DNA of 64,000 bases from Bdellovibrionales bacterium (GTDB lineage: Bacteria; Bdellovibrionota; Bdellovibrionia; Bdellovibrionales; UBA840): assembly GCA_045110695.1 (NCBI GenBank), contig JBGCGH010000048.1, forward strand, positions 2,110 through 66,109, given 5' to 3'. Of this stretch, positions 46,280-55,637 are shown in pieces. The position numbers and the translations under genes are program-made. Below the pieces are notes generated by a model. The model saw nothing but the letters and a program-made list of their open reading frames with translations, did not search any database and was not told the origin of the DNA. How positions within the stretch are numbered: position 1 is the first letter of the stretch; the number at the start of each line of letters is the position of its first letter.

Positions 46280-47308
46280 GTGGATAAAAATAAATTCGAA
46301 TCAATTATTGATTTAATCGGTAACACTCCAGTTCTAAAAATTAAAAGTCTAAGTGAGTTCACCGGCTGTAATATATTTTTAAAATTAGAGCATTTAAACC
46401 CTGGCGGTTCAGTAAAAGATAGAGCCGCATTACAAATGGTAAAAGACGCACTAGAAACTGGTAAACTTAATCAAAACAAAACAATCATAGAAGGAACCGC
46501 CGGGAACACGGGAATTGGTTTGGCACTGGTCGGTAATGCTTTGGGAATACCCGTAGAGATCGTAATGCCAAACAACCAAAGCCCGGAAAAATCAAAAATG
46601 ATAGAGCTTTTTGGAGCAAAACTTCGGCTTGTCCAGCCTGTTCCTTTCAAAGATCCTAAGCATTTTTACCATCAAGCTAAGTCCATTGCCTCTCATTGTC
46701 CAGACGACTATTGGTGGGCAGACCAATTTGAAAACACTTCGAACTTTAAAGCTCATTACCAGAACACCGGACCAGAAATTTATAAACAACTACCCGATCT
46801 CAGTCATTTTGTTTCCACAAGCGGTTCCGGAGGAACCTTAGCAGGAGTGTCTAAATATTTAAAAGAGCAGTCTTCTAATATACAATCAGTACTAATTGAT
46901 CCAAAAGGATCCGGCCTGAAATCCTTTGTTGAAAAAGGTGAGTTCCAATCAGAAGGCAGCTCATTCACTGAGGGAATTGGAATCATGAGGCTTGTAAACA
47001 ACTTTAAAAATGCTGAGATAGATAAAGCCATTAGCCTTGAAGACAGATTCCTTGTAGCGATTGCTCATACGGTTAAAGAACTTGATGGAATCATCTTAGG
47101 CTTGAGCTCAGCCCTCAATGTTGCAGGAGCTTTCTATACAGCCCTGCACGCCCCAAAGTCTTCCACTATTGTCACCATTTCTTGCGATCTAGGGGAAAGA
47201 TCAATAGGAAAGCTATATAATCCAGAGTTTTTAAAATCAAAAGAAATTGAATACGGCAGTTGGGATTTAAAGCGTCTGGAAAAAGAAATTAAGTCTTTTC
47301 CTCAGTGA
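46280..47308 (+). CDS. PLP-dependent cysteine synthase / CBS-family enzyme
   Basis: LEHLNPGGSVKDRAAL (PLP lysine), GTAGNTGIGLA, SGSGGT. GTG start with AGAGGA upstream. Confidence 0.75.
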   Translation: MDKNKFESIIDLIGNTPVLKIKSLSEFTGCNIFLKLEHLNPGGSVKDRAALQMVKDALETGKLNQNKTIIEGTAGNTGIGLALVGNALGIPVEIVMPNNQSPEKSKMIELFGAKLRLVQPVPFKDPKHFYHQAKSIASHCPDDYWWADQFENTSNFKAHYQNTGPEIYKQLPDLSHFVSTSGSGGTLAGVSKYLKEQSSNIQSVLIDPKGSGLKSFVEKGEFQSEGSSFTEGIGIMRLVNNFKNAEIDKAISLEDRFLVAIAHTVKELDGIILGLSSALNVAGAFYTALHAPKSSTIVTISCDLGERSIGKLYNPEFLKSKEIEYGSWDLKRLEKEIKSFPQ

Positions 47309-47997
47309 TAAATTTCTTCCTCTTGCACTAGGCGAGTTTCATAAACCTCCAAAGCTCTGAACCTCTCCTTGTTCCTATAGAAATAGACAAGCGCAAAACC
47401 TACTCCAACAAAAAAGCCGATAGCATGGGTCCGGTAACTTGTAGTTGGATCAAAGCTACTTGGAAAAAACACCATAAGACTAAAACCGATGCTCCGGTAA
47501 ATTCTATTCTTTAAATTGTGTTGTCTCTGAACTAAAAAGTAAAGTGTTAGCCAAATCCCACCCATAAGGTAAACCATTCCAGAGGCACCTAAAAGTCGAA
47601 TTCCAGGCCCATAGGTATAGCTTGAAATTAAGTTTACTAAACCAGCTAAAAGGAAGCAGTAAACCGGAAAAAGCCTTGGACCAAAATACCCACTGAGTAG
47701 AACTCCAAAAACAAACAAAAGAGAGAGGTTTGACAGAAGGTGGGCAAAATCTCCATGTATCAAAGTAGCCGTGAAAACCCTCCAAAGCTCTCCTTCTCCA
47801 AAAATTTTATTGCTTATGGCTGGCAACAGGCTTTGTGCTCCATACAGGTCCCCCCAAAAAATTTGAGAAACCAGCACAATAAGAAAACAACTCCATACGG
47901 TAAAAAATAGTCCCCGCCTAGGTGGTTTGCCTGAAATCGCCGTGGCTACGAGCTTAGTTTCTTTTACCCATTTAATGTCGCTAATTTGCTCATCCAT
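47302..47997 (-). CDS. Rhomboid-family intramembrane serine protease
   Basis: LIHGDFAHLLSN, catalytic GASGMVYLMGG and downstream HAIGF, with six TM spans. Confidence 0.7.
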   Translation of the reverse strand: MDEQISDIKWVKETKLVATAISGKPPRRGLFFTVWSCFLIVLVSQIFWGDLYGAQSLLPAISNKIFGEGELWRVFTATLIHGDFAHLLSNLSLLFVFGVLLSGYFGPRLFPVYCFLLAGLVNLISSYTYGPGIRLLGASGMVYLMGGIWLTLYFLVQRQHNLKNRIYRSIGFSLMVFFPSSFDPTTSYRTHAIGFFVGVGFALVYFYRNKERFRALEVYETRLVQEEEIYH

Positions 47998-48190
47998 CTA
48001 TATAGTATGGGTATCATTTTGAGAATTGCAAGCAAGCCCTAGGCCATAGTTCACATACACGTAAACAGGCAAGCTTTCTTCTCGAGCACTCCCACGGGTA
48101 AGACTAAAACTAAGGGCGTTTATTATGACTCAATAGTTTACGGTGACTTAAACAATTCTTGAAAAGCCAAGGGAGTTTAGGTATGATTTA

Positions 48191-49150
48191 ATGATGACAA
48201 GATTTAGTGGAGAAAAAGTACTAAAATTTGCTGCTGCCTACAACCTAATTTGGGGGGCTTTGATTGTTCTGTTTCCGAACTTGATTTTTGATCTTTCCGG
48301 TCTAGAAAGACCAATTTACCCAGGTGTGTGGCAAGCCGTAGGTATGATTGTTGGTGTTTACGGATTAGGTTATTGGATTGCCTCCTTCGATCCGATGAGG
48401 CATTGGCCGATAATACTGGTGGGTTTTCTAGGTAAAGTTTTTGGCCCAATCGGTTTTCTTTTCACAATTGGACAGGGATCTTTAAATTGGAAGTTTGGCC
48501 TTACAATCATAACTAACGATCTTATCTGGTGGATTCCGTTTGGGGCCATTCTAATTCAAGGATTGAAAACGAACACTACTCTACCAAATTTACCGATTAC
48601 ACCAAAACCGGAAGAGCTTATGGATGGCTTTGGTGATAATATTTTTAAAATGTCGGAGGAGCAAAACGTTTTGTTGGTTCTTCTCAGACACGGTGGTTGT
48701 ACCTTTTGTCGCGAGTCACTGGATGAACTTAAAAATTATCAAAATCAAATTACTAATCGAGATTTGATCCCGATCATTGTTCACATGGGTGATGATGCTG
48801 ATTCTGTCTTCCTTCAAGAAAACTATAACTTGGAAAAAGTTCAATTTATATCAGACCCGACACGAATGTTTTATCAGGCCTTTGGAGCAAGGCGGGGCCG
48901 ATTGTCTGAACTGTTTGGACCAACAGTTTGGCTTCGGGGCTTTTGGGCTGGGGTTGTGAAGAGACATGGAATCGGTATGCTAAAAGGCGATGGCTTCCAG
49001 TTAGGTGGAGTTTACTTAATTCAAAACAGAAAGATAGATCCCATTCATATACCTAAAAATGCTGCAGACATTGGGAATTGGCCTGATCTTTTGAAGATTC
49101 GCCTGCCTTTAAAGCCAGGTGTTAGACCATCAGAGTACCATGCTCAGTGA
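48191..49150 (+). CDS. Membrane-anchored thioredoxin-fold (AhpC/TSA-like) redox protein
   Basis: Four N-terminal TM spans, then LLVLLRHGGCTFCRESLDEL, a CxxC in a peroxiredoxin-like context. Confidence 0.5.
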   Translation: MMTRFSGEKVLKFAAAYNLIWGALIVLFPNLIFDLSGLERPIYPGVWQAVGMIVGVYGLGYWIASFDPMRHWPIILVGFLGKVFGPIGFLFTIGQGSLNWKFGLTIITNDLIWWIPFGAILIQGLKTNTTLPNLPITPKPEELMDGFGDNIFKMSEEQNVLLVLLRHGGCTFCRESLDELKNYQNQITNRDLIPIIVHMGDDADSVFLQENYNLEKVQFISDPTRMFYQAFGARRGRLSELFGPTVWLRGFWAGVVKRHGIGMLKGDGFQLGGVYLIQNRKIDPIHIPKNAADIGNWPDLLKIRLPLKPGVRPSEYHAQ

Positions 49151-49331
49151 AGAAGAGACTTTCACCATTTGCCCTTACTGCTTAGAGAGCATTTCCTTTC
49201 TTCTGGAGCTTTTCCATGGAGGGCAATCCTATATTGAAGACTGTGAGGTATGTTGCCGCCCCATACAAGTAACTTACAAGGTTGAAGAAGATTCCATTGT
49301 CGATCTTCAAATTAACAGTATTGAGCAGTAA
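49140..49331 (+). CDS. CPXCG-motif cysteine-rich small protein
   Basis: ICPYCLESI...EDCEVCCRPI, a zinc-ribbon-like CPxC...CxxCC. The ATG at 49140 overlaps the upstream stop by 11 nt. Confidence 0.6.
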   Translation: MLSEEETFTICPYCLESISFLLELFHGGQSYIEDCEVCCRPIQVTYKVEEDSIVDLQINSIEQ

Positions 49332-49433
49332 TTGCTTCCCTATTTACCCCATAAATAACCTGTAATTCATTCAAAGATCGTACGCTTGTTTAAAGAAATA
49401 GAATCTTATTTTCTTCTACTTTAATGTAGAAAA

Positions 49434-49742
49434 ATGAAATATTGGGGGATATTTTTATTTCTTTTTGCTTTATCTGGAATCGTAGAATCCAGCACCTGTT
49501 CCAATAATTATTTGATGGAAAAAACAATCCTTCAACAAAACATCCTCGAAAGATATTCTATACATTCAAAAGCTTTGGGCTCAAGACCATTAAACTTTAT
49601 AAATTACGATAAAGGCTTTGGTATCATTACTAATAAAAACCATCCCATGCAGGAAGTTTTAGTTGAGAAAGTTCTTAAAGACTTCAGTGCTACCTATGAA
49701 AAACTAGATTTTTTCGGGAAAGTGGTGTTCCATGTATTTTAG
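49434..49742 (+). CDS. Hypothetical small secreted protein
   Basis: Signal-like MKYWGIFLFLFALSGIVES. No motif. Confidence 0.4.
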   Translation: MKYWGIFLFLFALSGIVESSTCSNNYLMEKTILQQNILERYSIHSKALGSRPLNFINYDKGFGIITNKNHPMQEVLVEKVLKDFSATYEKLDFFGKVVFHVF

Positions 49743-49757
49743 ATGAATTCTATATAG

Positions 49758-50621
49758 GTGGAAAAATTGCGTATCTGGTTTTGCATATTTATTTTATTAA
49801 ACTCCCTGTCTCTTAAATCTGAAGACCTACCACTTTGGGAACTGGGGATCGGAGTGGGTCAGCTTTATGTTCCTGACTATCCCGGTTCAGATGAATTTAC
49901 AAATTTCTTGTTACCATTCCCCTATTTTATCTATCGTGGACCCTGGCTAAAAGCGGACCGGGACGATGGTATTCGCTCACTATTGTTTAGAACCGATAAA
50001 GCGCGGGTTAGCTTCAGCTTTAAAGGCTCATTCCCCATAGACTCAGAAGACAATGAAACCCGCAGGGGCATGGAAGACTTGAGCTTTATCTTTGAACTCG
50101 GACCTGTATGGCAATATCGTTTTATTCAAAAAGAGGAGGAAAGACTTAGGCTGAACGTTCCTCTTCGACTAGTTACCTCTACCAATGGTCAACACACGCA
50201 AGAAAGAGGCCTAGTATGGAGTCCCAACCTAAGTGGCTCTAAAAATTTTTCCTGTAGTATTGATTGCCAATATGAATGGAGCGTGGGCTTTAGCGGGGCT
50301 TCTAAAAAATTGCATAATTACTTTTACGAAGTTGGTCCAGAGGATGTTTTACCGACTCGCAGTCTCTATGGAGCAAAAGCTGGAACCATCTCGTGGTATC
50401 TTCAATACAGATTAAGATTTGAGTATGGAAAACACTTTCTCGGAGGTTCTATAACTTATTCCAACTACGAACAAAATGCTAACACCCAATCCCCGCTATT
50501 TAAAAGAACAGATAGTTATAGCATAGGCATAGTTTGGTTTACTACTTTCTGGGAATCTGAAACTAAGGAATCAACTGATAGTTCTCTTGTAGAGGAAATC
50601 AATTCGCCTTTAAAAAATTAA
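49758..50621 (+). CDS. MipA/OmpV-family outer-membrane protein
   Basis: Signal peptide, then LPLWELGIGVGQLYVPDYPGSDE (MipA-type N-terminal motif), alternating beta-strand pattern and an aromatic-rich C-terminus. GTG start. Confidence 0.6.
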   Translation: MEKLRIWFCIFILLNSLSLKSEDLPLWELGIGVGQLYVPDYPGSDEFTNFLLPFPYFIYRGPWLKADRDDGIRSLLFRTDKARVSFSFKGSFPIDSEDNETRRGMEDLSFIFELGPVWQYRFIQKEEERLRLNVPLRLVTSTNGQHTQERGLVWSPNLSGSKNFSCSIDCQYEWSVGFSGASKKLHNYFYEVGPEDVLPTRSLYGAKAGTISWYLQYRLRFEYGKHFLGGSITYSNYEQNANTQSPLFKRTDSYSIGIVWFTTFWESETKESTDSSLVEEINSPLKN

Positions 50622-51201
50622 AGTCTTTCGAATTTAAAGCACTAAAACACTCAATCGTAAAATCCGCAAGCTTTGAAAACTCAGTGTTTCTTTCATTTAA
50701 AAGAAGACATGACTTCATTCCAGCATTTTTTGCGGTTTCGATATCAAAGATATAGTCTCCAATATAAACACAGTTTTTAGGAACCACCGACTCGCGCTTT
50801 GCCATTAATAAAAGACCAGTAGGGTCAGGCTTTGGAGGGGCATCTTCTCTTGTTATTATGCTCTCAAAGTTTATTTTATGTTTTCGTAGACTAATATTTG
50901 TGGCACTACGACAGTTTCTTGTTAATAAACCTGTGGGTATTTCAAGCTTTCTGATATTTTCCAATAGGGAAATAGCTCCCGGAATAATCTTAGAGGCTTT
51001 GGCACCTTCATTCTCAAAATCAATTATCTTCTTATTTAAATCTTCAATCTTTTCTAAACAATCCAATGAATCTCTATAGCTGAGGATATCATGCTCATAG
51101 TTAATATTGTGAATCTCTTTAAATAGAGAAAAATCCAAACAACTATCTACAATGGTTCCATCTAAATCAAAAAATATTGCATCAAAATCTGTTAACTTCA
51201 T
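50599..51201 (-). CDS. HAD-superfamily hydrolase (phosphatase, subfamily IA-like)
   Basis: Motif I IFFDLDGTIVDS, motif II LLTRN, motif III/IV KPDP...YIGDYIFDIETAKNAGM. Confidence 0.7.
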   Translation of the reverse strand: MKLTDFDAIFFDLDGTIVDSCLDFSLFKEIHNINYEHDILSYRDSLDCLEKIEDLNKKIIDFENEGAKASKIIPGAISLLENIRKLEIPTGLLTRNCRSATNISLRKHKINFESIITREDAPPKPDPTGLLLMAKRESVVPKNCVYIGDYIFDIETAKNAGMKSCLLLNERNTEFSKLADFTIECFSALNSKDFNFLKAN

Positions 51202-51575
51202 TTTTCCTTATACTTTTCTAGCCTTTTTAAAAGCCACCGCCTTGCTTCCTCTACTTTACCTGTCTTAAAGTGTATTTTATAGGCTTTTCCAGAAATAGAG
51301 GATTTTGATGCTAGTTTTTCGATAAACATCTTGGCCGTCCACTTGGACTTTGGTGGTGAAAACCAAGAATTCACCGCATTTTGTAATTTCATCTTTAAAT
51401 GATTTCGAGCATCTTCCGAGCTGTAAAAATCACCATTCCTTTCAAACTTACCCTCTACTCGGCTAAGCTCGAGCAATAAAAAATCTATCTTCTTTTTCTC
51501 TAAATCCCAAGCTGTCTCCGTTGCGTTGGACTGAAAACCCAAAAATAGAAAAATCAACAAGCTAAAAGATCTCAT
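51198..51575 (-). CDS. Hypothetical secreted protein
   Basis: I prefer the ATG at 51575 (MRSFSLLIFLFLGFQSNA signal peptide). The stop overlaps the HAD start by 4 nt. Confidence 0.45.
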   Translation of the reverse strand: MRSFSLLIFLFLGFQSNATETAWDLEKKKIDFLLLELSRVEGKFERNGDFYSSEDARNHLKMKLQNAVNSWFSPPKSKWTAKMFIEKLASKSSISGKAYKIHFKTGKVEEARRWLLKRLEKYKEK

Positions 51576-51751
51576 ATGGTAGCCCCCAAAACATAATAAG
51601 CTAAATACCCGCAAATTTTTAAAATCTAGTACAGAAACACAGTGTTCCAGGCTTGAAACATCTTTGCATGCTTTACCTTATCCCTGAAACCAGGAACTGC
51701 CATTATATAATAGAGCTAAAGAATTCATAATAAAAGGGGAAAGGAACTGCA

Positions 51752-52558
51752 ATGATAAAAACTAGGTGTTTTAAAAGAGTATTCTTATTGACCTTTATAC
51801 CCCTTATCAATGCCTGTTATACTATTGGTGAAGCTCTCTCTCCTTTCGATTCCAGTTCAGGTTACGAAACTAGATACACTGAAAGTGGAAGAAAGTTTAA
51901 AAAGAGAATCAGAAAAAAGAACTACTACAACACCACTGGCCCTATTACATATGAAAATCACCGTAGCTCCATAGACTGGAATTTAATTTTAGCTCAAAAC
52001 TCTAAAGAGACGAATCTAGGTACAGATAATATTTCTATTTTTGAGGAACAAGATCATAATATTATCAACAACAAAAGCTTAATCCAATCCAAGCACCATT
52101 TGAAAGAAAAAAATACTAGAAAGGAAAAAACGGCTCTCAGCTTCGGTATGTTTACTAGCTCCGATCATCAAGCTGATCTTACACATTCTGGAATTTATGT
52201 CGCCCATCAATTTACTCCTTTTCTAAGAGGTTCTTTGGGAGCTTCTATATACTCTAGCGACTTTAGCTATTTAGGTTTTGATATTAACCTTAGGTCACAT
52301 TCTGATCATCAATACAGTCCTTTTATCGGGGGTGGGTTTTTCATGGGAGACTACAAAACCTGCTCTGAGGTCTACGATAGTGGTTTCCATGAGTTCTGCG
52401 ACAAATACTTTACAGGTAGCATATATGTAGAGTTAGGCTTTCAAATTGCTTTCAAAGAAAGCATAGTCAATCTCTACGCAAGAAACTACGGGCCAGATCA
52501 GAGCAGATCGGACAGCCCCGATGCTCCTGTCCTAGGACTGAGCATTGAATTCAGGTGA
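51752..52558 (+). CDS. Putative lipoprotein with beta-barrel-like C-terminal half
   Basis: Lipobox-like FIPLINAC. The C-terminal half has alternating hydrophobic and aromatic strands and ends in F-R. Confidence 0.4.
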   Translation: MIKTRCFKRVFLLTFIPLINACYTIGEALSPFDSSSGYETRYTESGRKFKKRIRKKNYYNTTGPITYENHRSSIDWNLILAQNSKETNLGTDNISIFEEQDHNIINNKSLIQSKHHLKEKNTRKEKTALSFGMFTSSDHQADLTHSGIYVAHQFTPFLRGSLGASIYSSDFSYLGFDINLRSHSDHQYSPFIGGGFFMGDYKTCSEVYDSGFHEFCDKYFTGSIYVELGFQIAFKESIVNLYARNYGPDQSRSDSPDAPVLGLSIEFR

Positions 52559-52755
52559 ATAGATATCAAAATTGTCAAACGGATCGGTGTAAAATCAAGC
52601 CTCTATTCTCTAATAATTATTTTTGTTTTATGTAATTTCCTATGCTCTGATGACACCTACCAAACGGCAAAGGTGTTGGTCAGTTATTAAAGCCTTCAAA
52701 CTAACTCCTTTTATCCAAAATAATTAAAACCTTAAAAGGAATCATGGTGTAAATA

Positions 52756-53154
52756 ATGGAATTTAAAAAAAGACTAAGTATAAGCTTGTTCTCATTAAGA
52801 CTGGGAGTTTTCATCGTTATGTTTATGTGGACTCTAGATAAGTTTATTAATCCTGGGCATGCGGCGGCTGTATTTAAAAAGTTTTATTTTATTGATGGTT
52901 TATCTTTACAAGCGGCTTACCTCGTTGGGGCTGTACAAATGTTAATCGTTATAGGGTTTCTGATAGGATTTAAAAAGAAATGGACCTATGGAATCGTACT
53001 GGTGATGCACTCTGTTTCTACCTTCTCTAGTTTTGCAAAGTATTTGGATCCTTGGAAAAGTCTTTTATTTTTTGCGGCTTGGCCGATGCTTGCGGCTTGT
53101 TTAGCTTTGTTTTTACTTCGTGATGAAGATGGGCTTTTTAGTGTTTCTTCCTAA
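52756..53154 (+). CDS. Small 4-TM membrane protein (DoxX-like)
   Basis: Four hydrophobic spans in 132 aa. The DoxX assignment rests on size and topology only. Confidence 0.4.
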   Translation: MEFKKRLSISLFSLRLGVFIVMFMWTLDKFINPGHAAAVFKKFYFIDGLSLQAAYLVGAVQMLIVIGFLIGFKKKWTYGIVLVMHSVSTFSSFAKYLDPWKSLLFFAAWPMLAACLALFLLRDEDGLFSVSS

Positions 53155-53158
53155 CTAG

Positions 53159-53305
53159 TTTCGCTCAGGCGCCGCTTGGGCTTTTTCTTTTATTTCGTAT
53201 AGTTTTTTTGAGAACCGCCCCCTCCTCTATTCACTTTCACCCTCCATGCTCAAACACGCAACTGCGCGTGTAGGGTGAAATTGAATAGATGAGGGGGCTC
53301 TTTCT
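53159..53305 (+). repeat. Intergenic modular repeat, copy D
   Basis: TTTCGCTCAGGCGCCGCTTGGGCTTTTTC at 53159-53187. Hairpin arms 53218-53243 and 53272-53297 with apex CCATGCTCAAACACGCAACTGCGCGTGT. It starts 5 nt after the upstream stop codon. Confidence 0.9.
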
Positions 53306-53772
53306 TTGTTGGTTTACTTGGGCTTCTTAGATTGTGATTTTATTTTTAATAAATAGAGTTGATGGAAGGAAAAATAGAAGCTGGGTTTCTTAGCTGGATT
53401 GAATTAAAAATTTTAACTCGAGCTAATAAATTAAATTTCTGGACCAATTAATTATCTTAAATTCTTATTCAACCTTTTATAGATCTAGATACAGCCTTTT
53501 ATGGGTTGGTTTTTGGCCTCAAATTTTGGGTTTGGTTACTGTGTTCATAGTTTATTAGTGTAAGAATTTCTTGGTTGGTTTGTTTTGTGGGTTGACCATA
53601 AACTTTACACTTATAGAAATGCTACATAAAGGCCTTAGAATACTCCCAATAGTATTTAAATAGTGGCGATGGAGCTCTTGAAGGTGTTATTAGCTATTTA
53701 ACTATAAAAAAGAAATGTCTTCCCCCATCCTGGGTTCCAGGAAAGGCATGTTAAAATTTAAGGAGTTTAAAG

Positions 53773-54609
53773 GTGAAAGTTATTTTAATGGCACTAGTTG
53801 CAACAGCTATTACAGGATCGTTGCAGGCCGAAGAAAAAGATTTATGTGATCCTAACCAAGCCAATGCTGCGATTGCGGTTGAGCTGGAAGCATCAAGAGC
53901 AGCTATGACCGGTACAGAGATCAATATTGAAAACATTGAAACTGCTGCAAATCAGTTAAATAAAACTGAGGAAATTATTAATACTGTTCTTACACGTTAC
54001 GGGCAAGAATATGTTATCGGTGGAATTGGTTACGTAGCCGGCGCTAAAACCCCTGAATTTATTCCTAGAACACGTGTAGATTTATTGCCTGTAGGGGCGA
54101 TGCTTTTTATTGATAAAACAGCTAACCTTTGCGACCCACCTGTATCTATGAGACTAATGGCTGAAGCTGGTTTCCGTGCAAGACTTTTAAGTAAGGTTTC
54201 AAAAGATGGAGAAACTGCACTAAAGACAATAGCTAAAGGATTTAGAATTTTGTTGGTTCCTACGAATTGGAAATTTCAAGCCGACAGCTTTCAACAACTA
54301 GATTCCATGTCTGGAAACTATGCGTCTATTGGAGCAAATTTACAGTTCAAAGGAAACGCACAATTAATTAACGCTGCGGTGTTTGCTAAAGTAGACCAAA
54401 TTCATACTTTAGATTCTCCTTTGATCGTCGAGTTTGGAAAAATTTCTGGTGAGCAATCGATGAAACGTACTGTAAATGCTGGTGTTAGAAGAGTTCAGTT
54501 CTATACTCCTGGTGAGGCCTTGGACGCTGCAATTTTTGTTAGAGATTTAGTATCTGGCGCATCTTCCTCTGAAGAAGAAGCCGCTGCTACACCTTCTGAG
54601 ATTCAGTAG
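53773..54609 (+). CDS. Hypothetical secreted protein
   Basis: GTG start with AAGGAG upstream, signal peptide MKVILMALVATAITGSLQA, acidic low-complexity C-terminus (SSSEEEAAATPSE). Confidence 0.5.
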   Translation: MKVILMALVATAITGSLQAEEKDLCDPNQANAAIAVELEASRAAMTGTEINIENIETAANQLNKTEEIINTVLTRYGQEYVIGGIGYVAGAKTPEFIPRTRVDLLPVGAMLFIDKTANLCDPPVSMRLMAEAGFRARLLSKVSKDGETALKTIAKGFRILLVPTNWKFQADSFQQLDSMSGNYASIGANLQFKGNAQLINAAVFAKVDQIHTLDSPLIVEFGKISGEQSMKRTVNAGVRRVQFYTPGEALDAAIFVRDLVSGASSSEEEAAATPSEIQ

Positions 54610-54617
54610 TATTTTTT

Positions 54618-55637
54618 ATGAAATCCTTAATATGCATCTTTTTAGTTTTCCTGCAGCTTGATTTAGCTGCAGGAATTGATGCATGTAGGATAGAGTACAT
54701 CAGAAGTTCTATAAAAACGAAATCGCCTGATAAGGACTTTCAGGCGAGTATCCTAAGATCTTATAATCTCAGCTTCACTAAAATGAGATTCCTAAATCAG
54801 AAAAGCCAGAAAATTTTATCAAAACAACTACATGAATCCCTTTTAGCCGGCGAAAAGAAAAAGTCAGAAGAATTATTGTTTCAAATCTTTGCGGAACTAA
54901 GAAATCAGGTTGCCAACGAAAGCCCTGGATCTCTTCGCTTTAAAACAAGGGCCCTTATCGACTCCTTCTCGAGCTTGAGACAGCAATGGAGAAGTGAAGC
55001 CACTAAAGATATTTTACCAAGATCAATTGCGACGATTAGGGAATTGTTTCAATTAGCATTAATTTCAAGTCATGGAATTTCAGTTAAAAACTTGAAGATC
55101 ATGGAAAGAGAGTTGAATTTAATCGCTACTGAACTAGGTTTAATCAAAACTCATTCAGCCTACTCAAAAGACTCTATTTTCTTTATGCCTTTTAATTTCC
55201 TATTTGATGCTTTGAATAGAATCATTAGATCCTCAATCATGCTAAGAACTGATTTACAGGCCGGCGAGCAAATTATTATTTCAAATATTTATATTAAAAG
55301 TATAACGAGAGCTATCACCGATCACATGGCTCTACTGACACGCCTAGGTTACGCTTCCATTTTAATTTATGTAATTGCTAATCCGATTCAAACCTATCAT
55401 TCTTTAAAAGAAGGGACTAAATATCTAGATATAGAATTTTTAGTTGGGTTTTATAATAATGCCAAAAATTTAGATCAAAAGAAAGTTCACCATAACGAGA
55501 GCTTAATCCAACAAGAATATCGAATCCTTCATGAGGACCTAGTTTCCATAAGTAAAACTAGGGAACTTACCAAGGAAGAAAAAAGCAGACTTGAGCTTGC
55601 TCAGACAATTTTAAACCTAAAAATCGAAACTAAATGA
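54618..55637 (+). CDS. Hypothetical secreted, mostly alpha-helical protein
   Basis: Starts 8 nt after the previous gene. Signal-like MKSLICIFLVFLQLDLAAG. No motif. Confidence 0.5.
   Translation: MKSLICIFLVFLQLDLAAGIDACRIEYIRSSIKTKSPDKDFQASILRSYNLSFTKMRFLNQKSQKILSKQLHESLLAGEKKKSEELLFQIFAELRNQVANESPGSLRFKTRALIDSFSSLRQQWRSEATKDILPRSIATIRELFQLALISSHGISVKNLKIMERELNLIATELGLIKTHSAYSKDSIFFMPFNFLFDALNRIIRSSIMLRTDLQAGEQIIISNIYIKSITRAITDHMALLTRLGYASILIYVIANPIQTYHSLKEGTKYLDIEFLVGFYNNAKNLDQKKVHHNESLIQQEYRILHEDLVSISKTRELTKEEKSRLELAQTILNLKIETK

Noticed and set aside
1861-53305. The long hairpin repeats as integron attC sites, a CRISPR array or REP/BIME elements
   Set aside because: attC sites conserve the stem bases (R''/R' cores) and vary in the centre, whereas here the apex is conserved and the arms vary. 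No intI gene is present. There is no regular direct-repeat and spacer periodicity and no cas genes. REP elements conserve their stems. The family therefore stays unclassified rather than being forced into one of these types.
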